Positions 9,677 to 19,278 of a stretch of 64,000 bases of DNA are shown in pieces. The notes beneath the pieces were generated by a model, which made no database searches, was not told the DNA's origin, and saw nothing but the letters and a program-made list of their open reading frames with translations. Position 1 is the first letter of the stretch. Each line of letters opens with the position of its first letter. The stretch lies in the IMG/VR virus record IMGVR_UViG_2579779105_000001. One strand, written 5' to 3'. A program made the translations under genes and the position numbers. This DNA is from a virus. Taxonomy: Duplodnaviria; Heunggongvirae; Uroviricota; Caudoviricetes.

Positions 9677-10639
9677 GTGAATATTTTAAATTCAGTTTCA
9701 GTAACTTTCAACACTTCTGAGTATAAAAACAACACTGAATACCACAAAAAAATCAAAGGTCATCAGTTGAGTTTTTTTGCTCGTCATATCGGTCTTCTTT
9801 CCCCTTCACATAGCGCCATTATTGCCGAGTTCGCCAACCTGGCAGGGGCTACCGATGAATACATGATCCGTCGCTCATATGCTGATATGTCCGAGATTAC
9901 AGGACGCAGTATTTCTACTGTACGCCGGGCATTTGCTGAAGCGACGAAGTGCGGAATGCTTGTTAGGCAACATCAGGTAGCGAATAACAATGCCCAGGTG
10001 TGTAACGTATATCGGTTTACGACACAATTTCTCCACTTCATTCATGTAGCAATGGAGATAGGGGGTAAGCAGGGCATCAAATTTGCCAACGCCACAAAAC
10101 TGGTTAAGCAGTTGATTTCAAAGGTTCGTTATTTTTTTGAAACTGGGAACCCCCTGTTCAAATTGAACAAGTCCCCCCATGTTCAAAATGAACAGCCAAT
10201 AGAAAATAAGAGTCACTCTATAGCAAAAAGAAGAGAAAGATCATGCGCGGTTCAGCCAAAGGCTTCACCAGCAGATAGTTCTCAAGCGGATAATGGGGTG
10301 CTGGATAAAAAACCAGTGATCAGGGAAGAACATACCAACCGCTGCCTGGCGGCGGCAAAAGCGAGAGCTGCAAAGCGTCGTTCAGACGAGGGGCACGCAA
10401 AACGGCAGGCTCTGTATCGTACCGCTGAAAAGTTGGCAAAAAAATTTGCATGGATACGTAGTGCCGCTACCGCAGTGAATAAGCCTAAACAATCCAGCGC
10501 CCTGGATTTCTCAATGGATTATTCTGGCTCCCAGGGGTGTGCAACCATTGGTGAAGCCTTTGACCTGATGAAACAGCGTGGCTATCGGTCTGAATTTGAC
10601 CGGGAGGATTGGTCAATCCCTGCGGGATTCAGGGGATGA
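9677..10639 (+). CDS. HTH DNA-binding protein, possible lytic replication initiator (RepL-like)
   Basis: GTG start; HTH-like segment GRSISTVRRAFAEATKCGML; tandem palindromes inside the gene; operator upstream. Confidence 0.3.
   Translation: MNILNSVSVTFNTSEYKNNTEYHKKIKGHQLSFFARHIGLLSPSHSAIIAEFANLAGATDEYMIRRSYADMSEITGRSISTVRRAFAEATKCGMLVRQHQVANNNAQVCNVYRFTTQFLHFIHVAMEIGGKQGIKFANATKLVKQLISKVRYFFETGNPLFKLNKSPHVQNEQPIENKSHSIAKRRERSCAVQPKASPADSSQADNGVLDKKPVIREEHTNRCLAAAKARAAKRRSDEGHAKRQALYRTAEKLAKKFAWIRSAATAVNKPKQSSALDFSMDYSGSQGCATIGEAFDLMKQRGYRSEFDREDWSIPAGFRG
10150..10194. repeat. two tandem copies of C-run + TGTTCA-N3-TGAACA palindrome (origin-like)
   Basis: CCCCTGTTCAAATTGAACA and CCCCATGTTCAAAATGAACA are adjacent inside the RepL-like ORF. 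Confidence 0.45.
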
Positions 10640-10693
10640 CCTGTGTGCCTACAAAACATCCCAATGATCGGCAAATGCTCGCTCGATGATTTG

Positions 10694-10724
10694 TATTAGA
10701 AAATTAATTTGCTGTTTCTAAATC
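10694..10724. promoter_or_regulatory. pair of operator-like motifs (TATTAGAAAAT / TGTTTCTAAATC)
   Basis: Variants of the recurrent motif at the head of the immI-like region. Confidence 0.35.
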
Positions 10725-10929
10725 GGAATGTATGATCTGCATCATCGACTGAAGTCATCCATTGCTGAAATTTTTAGTTGATCTTCCATGTTTTCAGGCT
10801 TATATTCATGCCGTCGTAGCAAATTCTGCGACCAGGTTTGACAGCCTGAATGTTAGTGCGGACAACCGCAGATTTCCGATATTGCGGTATTTTTGTGTCC
10901 GTAAACCGCGTTACGCCCGAATTATGGTG

Positions 10930-10995
10930 GGGCGTGATGGGGAGGCTTCGGCCTGCTGGTTTCACTAACGCCAGTCTGTCAACCCTGTCACGTCC
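10930..10995 (+). ncRNA. candidate c4-like antisense RNA
   Basis: GGCTTCGGCC tetraloop hairpin, then CACTAAC and CTGTCAA, complementary to GTTAGTG and TTGACAG found at 10838-10858 and again at 11006-11041 over the downstream SD; boundaries approximate. Confidence 0.3.
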
Positions 10996-11052
10996 TGCCA
11001 CCTGTTTGACAGCGGGTAGCAGGTTGTTAAACCTGTTAGTGAGGCCGTAACT

Positions 11053-11277
11053 ATGGTTAATGCCAATCCTTGCTCACGTCCAGAATTCATCTGGCGTTTC
11101 CACTCCCTGCAAAAACACTGCGATCACTTCGCAATTGCCGCAACCGAAAAAGAAGCCCGTTCTCTGATCCCTGATCAGCATGGTGTTCTTACTGGTCGTT
11201 TCTCTACTTCCCCACAACCAAACACTAATCCCTGGTATCGCAATATTACCAATCCCAGCATTGCGGAGGCACACTGA
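11053..11277 (+). CDS. small Icd-like protein
   Basis: 74 aa; GAGG SD overlaps the putative antisense target; a paralogous sequence lies near 46470-46640. Confidence 0.4.
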   Translation: MVNANPCSRPEFIWRFHSLQKHCDHFAIAATEKEARSLIPDQHGVLTGRFSTSPQPNTNPWYRNITNPSIAEAH

Positions 11278-11393
11278 TGGATATCTGCCTTCATGAATGC
11301 TTTTAACCGGATGATGTCGGAGGCTGAGCACCGAGGAAAACGCTGGTATCACCCCAAAATGGGGCAATTCCAGGTGATCGGTTGGGGAGGTGA

Positions 11394-11594
11394 GTGATGG
11401 ACATCATGCAGGCGGTAAAAAAAATCAGGGAAGAACAGGCTGAAGTGTGCCGCCGTAAAGCATGGAGTGTTGGTGTATGGGCCTGGCCTGATAATTACTC
11501 TACTACCGGATGGTTTTGTATTAATGGACTCCAGATCCGGGAAGTTGATTTATCGACGGCTGATATAGTCGGTAATGATTGGTTCGTGACTTGA
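11394..11594 (+). CDS. small hypothetical protein
   Basis: 66 aa; GGAGG SD; followed by a terminator. Confidence 0.35.
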   Translation: MMDIMQAVKKIREEQAEVCRRKAWSVGVWAWPDNYSTTGWFCINGLQIREVDLSTADIVGNDWFVT

Positions 11595-11602
11595 AGCGTG
11601 AT

Positions 11603-11628
11603 GCCCCGGCCTGGTCGGGGCTTTTTTC
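11603..11628. terminator. rho-independent terminator (GCCCCG...CGGGGC + TTTTTT)
   Basis: Hairpin with T-run on + strand and A-run on the other side; lies between convergent genes. Confidence 0.6.
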
Positions 11629-12112
11629 ATGCCTCATTAGTTGAGGTTGCTGCGTCTCCGACTGGTAACAGAGCGGTATTGCGTGGTTCGCCAGCAGGCC
11701 AGCGATAGCCAGACACTCTTGATGTTGGGAATGCGCGAATATTAACCGCATCCCCCTGGTTCCCACCCAGGACAAGCAGATCGCCATTGGCGCGGCGTCC
11801 GACAACGAAGCCTACGTGCCCACCGCCTACGCGGGTAAATACAACGATACATCCGTATGCCGGTGTATCTAATTTCTCGCCCCAATCCAGATAGGATTTT
11901 GCCGACTCAAATCTTGTTGAGCGGATGCCTACACGTTCCAGCATTGCACCGACAAATGCTGCGCACCACGGCGTTTCATCGTCTTTAATTCCGCCGCGCT
12001 TGATGTCGCGCCAAAACTGAACGATTTCAGGGTTGTGTTTAGCGCCTTTTATTTCAGTCAGGCCAATGTGCTTACGTGCTTCAATTAGCCAGCGAGGTTC
12101 AATGTTTGCCAT
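11627..12112 (-). CDS. TIGR02594-family putative peptidoglycan hydrolase (NlpC/P60-CHAP-like)
   Basis: 161 aa; conserved core WCAAFVGAML...GGHVGFVVG typical of the phage-associated TIGR02594 family (recalled). Confidence 0.55.
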   Translation of the reverse strand: MANIEPRWLIEARKHIGLTEIKGAKHNPEIVQFWRDIKRGGIKDDETPWCAAFVGAMLERVGIRSTRFESAKSYLDWGEKLDTPAYGCIVVFTRVGGGHVGFVVGRRANGDLLVLGGNQGDAVNIRAFPTSRVSGYRWPAGEPRNTALLPVGDAATSTNEA

Positions 12113-12186
12113 ATTTTTTTCCGGTCATGGGTTAATAAGTAGGCAAACTATGGGGGGTATGTGATTTTGACGGTAGTATCGTCCCC

Positions 12187-15100
12187 GTGAAAATAACATT
12201 CTCCATACCCTCTCAACCGTACCGCATAGCGGATTTTTTACGGTTTAGAGGGGGTAATCCTTTGGATAAACTACTTCATTCAATCAGTGAAGCTTCCAGC
12301 TTAGGCGAACTGATTGAAATTGTTAGTCGGTTGCATAAATTACGTGCTGTTGCGACCTTTGGCGTTAAGAAAGTCGATGGTGTCAGCATTCAAAAAACAC
12401 GGCGGGCAGCAAACAACGCCGCAGTAGAGCTTCTTAATTCCCTTCCGCCCGGCTTCGATGGGGCGAAATTAACTGACGAACAGCGTCAGATTCTTGCCGG
12501 GTATACCGGTGAAGGCGGCCTGACAGATGGTGAGGGCAGCCAATACGAATACTACACGCCACAGTTTATGGCTGAAGGTATATGGGATCTGTTTGCTGAC
12601 TACGGTATTGATGGCGGGCACGTACTGGAACCATCAGCGGGCACAGGTATTTTCCAGGAGACAAAACGACAGGGCATGATAATGACCAGCGCCGAACTGT
12701 CTCCGATTTCCGGTCGAATAAACCAGCTTTTGCACCCGGAAGACGATGTGAATATCGGGGCGTTTGAGGCGCTGGCGGCGAAAGACGCAATGTATGATCA
12801 CGCTGTTGGTAACGTACCGTTTGGTGAAGGGCGTTCCGGTGTCGCCGGGCTTGATCCGGCATATGCAAACGAGAAGAACGTTGGCAATTACTTTGTGCTG
12901 CGCACGATCGACAAGGTTAAGCCTGGTGGGCTTATCGTATTGGTGGTGCCGAATGGCATGACCGATGGTACGAAATATAAAAAATTGCGCGATAAAGTCA
13001 GCCGTAAAGCGGAATTTTTGGGCGCACATCGTATGCCTTCCGGTACGTTCAGCGAATCCGGTACAGATACCGTGGTGGACGTATGGGTATTGCGTAAACA
13101 CCCGGAAACCTTCCTGGAGATGATCCCCGACACGGATGATTCAACACTCAAATCGGCAAACGTCCTTTGGGATACCTTCCTCAAAGGAAAATGGTTTACA
13201 ACCGAAGGGAAGCGATTTGTTTACGGCGACATGGAACGTACCAGCTTCCGCAATACCCTGGTGGTGAAAAAGGACGGTCGTGTATCCAATGAGTCGATGA
13301 AAACCGCGCTATCTCGTCGCTTTGATAGTCGCATCAATTGGGATTTGCTCGGCGTAACTACTCAGGCATGGCAGGGCGCGAAAGTGGGCGATAAACGCCT
13401 AGTAGGCGGCATCTGGCATGAGTTTGATGGCCTGAAATGGGTCAAGGACACGACAACCAAATCCTCCGCGCTTGATGTAAGTCGATATGGTGTTTCGACA
13501 TTCGGTGATCTGCAAACAACGTTCCAATCAACAAACGGCATTCTGGCTCTGTCATGGGGGCAGATATCCGCGATCGCTTCCGACTATCCATCGGTTATCA
13601 GTGATGAAGTAGCGGCAATGATTCGCTTTGCTGGGAAACAACGCGAAAAAGACCGTGAGCGCATTATGCGCGGTGCGCTGATCGGGCAACTTATCAATAA
13701 AGCGCTGGATAAGCGTAACCTTGGTGAAAACGTCGATGATGAACTGGCTGATGCCGCACGTCTGACGGCTGCCGAAGTTGCTAAATATGGCCCACCACAC
13801 GCCATTAAGCTAAACGACATTACCGAAGCGGGCGCGAAGAACTGGCTGACATTCACCGGGAACGTCAATCAGGACGGTGAAGCATCCGATCTGCTGTCCG
13901 GACGGCTTGATGTTAGCAAAGGGGCTGCTGGTATTGATTTCACTCGTCCGGAACAGGTTGTGACACACCTTTTCAGCGATGTTGCCCTTAATCCTATCAA
14001 TCTTGATGACTTCCGCGAGGCGTTTAAAGGCGAACTGCCAGAAGACGACGATCAAGCACTGGAATACCTGGCGAAATTCGACGATATCGCTATTGATGGA
14101 TATGGTTGCCTGCTACCGATGGGCCGTGCCACTAGCGGTGATATTAAATCAAAAGTGGCACTGCTGGTGGGCTGGCGAGACGCGTCCACAGGAGAGCGGA
14201 AGGCCAACTTTGAGCGCCAGCTTTCAAAAATCGAAGAGAAACGCACGTTTACACCGCTGAACAAAGTCACGGTAAACCTTAACGCACGGTGGTTGGATCG
14301 CCGCCTGATAAAAGAGTTCCTGGCAGAGCAGGGCTATGACGAGTTTAAGTATACAGAACCCGACCTTAAGGTTGAGAACGGCATTCTGGTATCCCCGGAC
14401 GATTACGAAGGTAAGGACGGGGTATTTACTGGCTACCAGCTACGAACCGTAAACGGCAAAAACGGGAACGAGTTCAAGAAAGCGAATAACAAAGATGGCT
14501 TCCTGAATCAGCTTGAGAACTACCTGAACGGTGTTAAACCGCGCGGACAGAACGCTAACGAGTACCTGGACAAAATCGCCCAGCTTGAGACGAGTTTTAA
14601 CGACTGGTTAAGAACTCACCCGCAGGCAGACCAGATCGCCCGCGATTATAACGACGCCTTTAACGGTTATATTCCATTTACCCATTCAGACGCACCCCTG
14701 GGGCTTGAAGGCATCAGCGGGAAACGTATACCGCTTTCTTACCAGAACGAAGAAGTTCGTCGTCTGTCGGAAGATGGGCGCGGGATTATGGGATTCGGAA
14801 CTGGTTTGGGTAAAACGACGACCGCGCTGGCACTGGAAGCCTATAACTTTGAAACCGGGCGAACCAAACGTACCTGTATCGTTGTTCCAAAGGCCGTATA
14901 CCAGAACTGGTATCACGAGGCACAGAGCTTCTACAGTGCAGATGCCTTCGCCAATATGATGTTTATCGGTCTGGACGAAGTGCGCGATGGTGACGGAAAT
15001 ATTCAGACTGCCCCAGTGCTCGACCAGGACGGCACCCCGCGACTTGATAACGACGGCAATCCGATCACCCGTAATGTTGTTAAAGAATCCGCCAGTGCCG

Positions 15101-17778
15101 TTATCGCTCAACGCATGAACATGATCCCATCGTCGAACTGGCGAACGGTCATCATGACAAAAGAGCAGTTCGCATCTATCCCGTTGCGCGATGAAACCAT
15201 CGGAGAAAACTCACAGCAGGCTGTCTTTAATGCCGCCGAAATGGGGCGTCTTGACCTGGCGTCAGGCAAGCACCGTGATGCGCAGAAGAAGAACAAGATT
15301 AAGGACCAGGCCGCGAATACCGGTACAGCGAAGAAGCAGAATATCCCGTACTTTGAGGATATGAACTTCGATAGCGTAATTGCCGACGAAGGGCACAACT
15401 ACCGCAACTCCTTTGGTGCCGGGCGTGAAGCGGGGCAACTGGCATATTTACCTAATCCGGCGGTATCCAAAATGGCCCGTGACATGGCTGTAAAAGCTGC
15501 GTACATGATGAAACGTCACAATGGGCGCGGCGTCGTAATGCTGACAGCAACTCCGCTGGTTAATAGCCCTATTGACGCCTTCAACATGCTGTCAACGGTG
15601 ATCCCTCAGCACGAGTGGATGCACATGGGGATTATTACCCCTGACGACTTTGTCCGAGTGTTCGGTAAAACAGCCACTGTTCAGGTCCAGAAAATTTCTG
15701 GCGAAGTGGAAGAGAAACAGGGGCTGGTGGGCTTCCAGAACCTTGATGGTCTGCGTGGCATTTTCCACCGCTGGACAACGCTTAAAACGGCTTCCGATGT
15801 TGGTGCAACGGTAAAAATCCCGGATATCGTCGAAAACACCTTGCAGATCCCAATGACTCCAGAGCAGCAAGCAGCTTATGAAGAGCTTCGTAAACGCGCG
15901 CAGGAGTTAAGTCGTGGTGATGACGTCACTGTCGATGATGAAGGCAATATCACTCGCGGGAAACCGGATGATTTCATTTTCTCTATCATTCGCGACATGG
16001 ATAAGGTCGCTATCGACCCGGATCTTTACGCCAGCGCTATCACATTCCAGTTCCCTGTAGAACTTACTGAACAGGTGAAGTCTATAGCTAATAACCTACC
16101 AAAAGTGGCTGGTGGGAAAGCGGCAGACGATGCAGAAGAAGCAGAGGAGGATGCGACCGGAGGCCTGGTCAGTACCCGTACCAGCAAGGTTGTAGCTACA
16201 ACATTTAGTGAGCATCCAAATCACGTCGAATTGCGTGCCAGCATTGACCTGGAGGCTGAAATACTCAAGGCAATTGCTGATGCAGGCATCGACATGAAAC
16301 AGGTGTCACACCCGATCCCGCCTAAGTATGCCGCACTTATCGAGAACCTTCGTGAAGGGCTTAAGAACGGTAAGCAAATTATCTTTATCGACGAGAAAGC
16401 CCAGCACCAGAAACTACGTCGCATCATTGCCAGTGCGTTGCAAATGCCAGAGCAGGAGATAGGCATTATCAATGCTACGACTGTTAGCCAGGCTGGTGGT
16501 GTTAAGCTGAAAAAGGTCAAAAAACCGACCGAACCGACGCCAAACAAAGACGGTGAATACAAAGAAGGCGCATGGGAAACCTACTACAGTAAACTGGCCC
16601 AATATGAGGATTATCTCTCTGCTAAAAATGATGCTGGCCTTGAGGGGATGGAAGGTATTGCTGCCGACTATAACGAAGGGCGCACGCAAATCATTATCTG
16701 TAACAAGAAAGCCGAAGTAGGTATCAACCTGCATATTGGAACGACCGATATTCACCACCTGACACTACCCTGGACTCCTGCCAGTATCGACCAACGAAAT
16801 GGGCGCGGTGCGCGCGTAGGTTCTCCGCAAGAGAAGGTTAATGTTCACTATTATTGTGGCAAAGGCACATTCGATGACTTCCGTCTGGATACGCTTAAAC
16901 GTAAGAAAGACTGGATCAAGATGGTGATGACCTCCGATATGTCAGAGATCGCCAATGGTGATGCGGATGACGCTGATGAACGCGCCATTATGCTGGCGGC
17001 AAATCCGGAAGAACGACGCGCAATTATGGCTCGTCAGTCGAAAGAACGTGAGGAACGCCTGCGACTTAAAGCGCAACGCGAAGCCAATAATGCTCTCGAT
17101 AACTACCTGAAAGCGGCGAATGCTGCCGGGAAGGATATCGGCATGATGGAGGCAGAACTGAAAAGCGCGATGGAGCAGGCGCAACGATACCAGAGTGATC
17201 TGGATGGACTGATTAAGAGCGGCATCAACAAAAACGGACAGAAATATACGCTTTCAGCACTAAGCAAAGCTAAAAAAAGAGTGCGTGAATTGCGATTTGC
17301 AATCACCAGGGCGAAGGACGCGGATACTGTTATGAAACGCTCTCGTGGTGATGTGGAGCGTGCTATTAAGTCTGGTGTGCTGGATATCAGTATCGATGTT
17401 ATTCAGAACCCGCAGGAGTATATGCGCACTGGCAAGAACATCCTGTTGCATAAAGGTAGTTACTACCGTGCAGTCATTGATGCTGAATACGAGACAACGG
17501 CGATTGTACGCGTGACACAAATTGAGGGCGAAAAAGCGCAATACACCTGCCGCGTCGCCTGGCTGGATAGAGCAAGTCGCAACTCTCGTTCTCCTGGCTC
17601 AACCATGACATTACCGTTTGACTCAGTGGTTGAAGCGGTAACATTTGAAGAGGGGGTGGCTGAATCACGAGAAATAGCGGCACGTGGTGTTCAAAGCCAC
17701 CAGCTTTCAACCTCTCTTTCTCGCGATCAATTCTATGACGCTATTCGTAGCGGTGTTATGCGGGTAACCGCACGCTGA
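12187..17778 (+). CDS. darB: DarB-like large polyvalent protein: N6-adenine methyltransferase + SF2 helicase
   Basis: 1863 aa; MTase motifs EPSAGTG and NVPFG; helicase Walker A GFGTGLGKTT and DEGH box; start (GTG 12187) uncertain. Confidence 0.7.
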   Translation: MKITFSIPSQPYRIADFLRFRGGNPLDKLLHSISEASSLGELIEIVSRLHKLRAVATFGVKKVDGVSIQKTRRAANNAAVELLNSLPPGFDGAKLTDEQRQILAGYTGEGGLTDGEGSQYEYYTPQFMAEGIWDLFADYGIDGGHVLEPSAGTGIFQETKRQGMIMTSAELSPISGRINQLLHPEDDVNIGAFEALAAKDAMYDHAVGNVPFGEGRSGVAGLDPAYANEKNVGNYFVLRTIDKVKPGGLIVLVVPNGMTDGTKYKKLRDKVSRKAEFLGAHRMPSGTFSESGTDTVVDVWVLRKHPETFLEMIPDTDDSTLKSANVLWDTFLKGKWFTTEGKRFVYGDMERTSFRNTLVVKKDGRVSNESMKTALSRRFDSRINWDLLGVTTQAWQGAKVGDKRLVGGIWHEFDGLKWVKDTTTKSSALDVSRYGVSTFGDLQTTFQSTNGILALSWGQISAIASDYPSVISDEVAAMIRFAGKQREKDRERIMRGALIGQLINKALDKRNLGENVDDELADAARLTAAEVAKYGPPHAIKLNDITEAGAKNWLTFTGNVNQDGEASDLLSGRLDVSKGAAGIDFTRPEQVVTHLFSDVALNPINLDDFREAFKGELPEDDDQALEYLAKFDDIAIDGYGCLLPMGRATSGDIKSKVALLVGWRDASTGERKANFERQLSKIEEKRTFTPLNKVTVNLNARWLDRRLIKEFLAEQGYDEFKYTEPDLKVENGILVSPDDYEGKDGVFTGYQLRTVNGKNGNEFKKANNKDGFLNQLENYLNGVKPRGQNANEYLDKIAQLETSFNDWLRTHPQADQIARDYNDAFNGYIPFTHSDAPLGLEGISGKRIPLSYQNEEVRRLSEDGRGIMGFGTGLGKTTTALALEAYNFETGRTKRTCIVVPKAVYQNWYHEAQSFYSADAFANMMFIGLDEVRDGDGNIQTAPVLDQDGTPRLDNDGNPITRNVVKESASAVIAQRMNMIPSSNWRTVIMTKEQFASIPLRDETIGENSQQAVFNAAEMGRLDLASGKHRDAQKKNKIKDQAANTGTAKKQNIPYFEDMNFDSVIADEGHNYRNSFGAGREAGQLAYLPNPAVSKMARDMAVKAAYMMKRHNGRGVVMLTATPLVNSPIDAFNMLSTVIPQHEWMHMGIITPDDFVRVFGKTATVQVQKISGEVEEKQGLVGFQNLDGLRGIFHRWTTLKTASDVGATVKIPDIVENTLQIPMTPEQQAAYEELRKRAQELSRGDDVTVDDEGNITRGKPDDFIFSIIRDMDKVAIDPDLYASAITFQFPVELTEQVKSIANNLPKVAGGKAADDAEEAEEDATGGLVSTRTSKVVATTFSEHPNHVELRASIDLEAEILKAIADAGIDMKQVSHPIPPKYAALIENLREGLKNGKQIIFIDEKAQHQKLRRIIASALQMPEQEIGIINATTVSQAGGVKLKKVKKPTEPTPNKDGEYKEGAWETYYSKLAQYEDYLSAKNDAGLEGMEGIAADYNEGRTQIIICNKKAEVGINLHIGTTDIHHLTLPWTPASIDQRNGRGARVGSPQEKVNVHYYCGKGTFDDFRLDTLKRKKDWIKMVMTSDMSEIANGDADDADERAIMLAANPEERRAIMARQSKEREERLRLKAQREANNALDNYLKAANAAGKDIGMMEAELKSAMEQAQRYQSDLDGLIKSGINKNGQKYTLSALSKAKKRVRELRFAITRAKDADTVMKRSRGDVERAIKSGVLDISIDVIQNPQEYMRTGKNILLHKGSYYRAVIDAEYETTAIVRVTQIEGEKAQYTCRVAWLDRASRNSRSPGSTMTLPFDSVVEAVTFEEGVAESREIAARGVQSHQLSTSLSRDQFYDAIRSGVMRVTAR

Positions 17779-17870
17779 AAAGAGAGCGCCGGGAACTAAA
17801 AGAGCGTTTAACCAGGCTCAATCAGCAATGCATTGATTATCAAGGCGAAGGCGTCACACTGCGTAAAAAG

Positions 17871-18503
17871 TTGGCTACAGCGCAGAGCATTATCGAAACA
17901 TTAAAGCGAGAGTGCTCACAGCTTGGTCACGATCTGAACCGTGCTTGTGGCATGGGACAAAGACCAGAGACATTTCCACTTATGTATGATGGGCGGGATG
18001 CCATTGCCTACATCCATGAGTATCCGCACGGCCTGGTTGCGGAAACTGGGCAGCGTGGCGAAGCACTGCTGACGGCTAATTACCATCAACAAATCAGAAC
18101 CAATCGCCTGTTAACGATGGATGTGATCCCATCGGTGTGGGGAACGCCGCTTTACTATCGCCTGCCGGGCTTCGAAAAGGACTGGAATACCGACATAGAC
18201 GAATGTCTCGCAGATAAAATTATGGCGTACCTGGAGACGGATTTTCCGCGCTTATATCGCCGGATTATGGACTCTAAGGATGCGCCAATCGATGAATTAA
18301 AAATGCGTCCGGAGACGCTGGAGGCAATCAAGCAGACGGAGTTTGATACTGTATTCAGTGTGGCCTGCATTCCAAGCTGTTTCCATGAAAGCATTCCGTT
18401 CATGCAAGGAGATCGTCGTCAGGAAATCATTGACGCTTGCCGGGTATGGGCGAACGAATGGGATAAGAAGAATGGGGGTGTAGAAGATCTTTACGGGAAA
18501 TAA
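17871..18503 (+). CDS. hypothetical protein
   Basis: 210 aa; track start is TTG; frame stays open upstream to 17751 across the darB stop; an in-frame ATG exists at 17952. Confidence 0.4.
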   Translation: MATAQSIIETLKRECSQLGHDLNRACGMGQRPETFPLMYDGRDAIAYIHEYPHGLVAETGQRGEALLTANYHQQIRTNRLLTMDVIPSVWGTPLYYRLPGFEKDWNTDIDECLADKIMAYLETDFPRLYRRIMDSKDAPIDELKMRPETLEAIKQTEFDTVFSVACIPSCFHESIPFMQGDRRQEIIDACRVWANEWDKKNGGVEDLYGK

Positions 18504-18505
18504 TG

Positions 18506-18516
18506 TGTTAGAAATC
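18506..18516 (-). promoter_or_regulatory. operator-like motif (reverse complement AGATTTCTAACAC)
   Basis: Variant of the recurrent motif, directly downstream of the 17871..18503 ORF. Confidence 0.35.
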
Positions 18517-19156
18517 TAAAATTACGATTCGAATGTATTGATTGTGAAGGTAACTTAACATAGAATTTTCCTTGCTGGTGGGCGGCACCCACGTTTCGCT
18601 TGCTGGGCTTGATAGTCACTTATTGGTTATTGTTCGCCCACCAGCATTTAACAAATTAAAGCGTTAGAAAAGTATAGTAACGCAAGAGCACGCTTTGGCA
18701 CCGTGCAGGCCAAAGTTCAGCAGGTTTAGTGCGGAAAGTGGTTTCAGAGAGAGCACTTTGCGGAGTAAACGACAGTACATGTTGAGCCACGGAAGGTCTT
18801 TTTAAGGTGTTCATTGATGATGGTCCGGCAGAGAGTAACGGTACATGCTGCATCTAATCATCAATGCACATCTTCAACATTAAGGAGGCATAGGGATTTT
18901 TGTGGCGGTTACCTTTTGCCCTGAGTCTCCTTAATGTTGCGGTAATGCACCTATGCGGATGTGGCCTTGCATTGTGTCTTGAAAGAATGGGGTAAGGCCG
19001 GGGACATCCCCAGGGGGAGGCACCCCCGCTGCAACGAACAGCCACAGACGGCAGTCGAGTGATGGGAACGTGCAAAGACTTTAAACCTCGTTATGGCTGG
19101 CGTGGCAAACGCGACAACCGAGACAGAGCGGTGACGGGCGGAGAGAGTGCCGCATC

Positions 19157-19278
19157 AAGAAAGAAGCCGACTTGTGATCCCTTTCAGCGGGCATTTGAAA
19201 GTGAATCCAGTTCAGGCAGTCGGCTTCTTTCTTGTGTGAGATGTAGCGTATTTGCCCATCTTCGGGTGGGCTTTTTTA
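19157..19278 (+). ncRNA. candidate small RNA: 16-bp inverted repeat stem-loop plus intrinsic terminator
   Basis: AAGAAAGAAGCCGACT (19157-19172) pairs with AGTCGGCTTCTTTCTT (19218-19233); then GCCCA-TCTTCGGG-TGGGC + TTTTTT at 19254-19278; no convincing ORF. Confidence 0.35.

Noticed and set aside
17751-17871. Programmed frameshift extending DarB into the downstream ORF
   Set aside because: The frame is open upstream of the TTG start but no slippery heptamer was seen; a TTG or internal ATG (17952) start is simpler.
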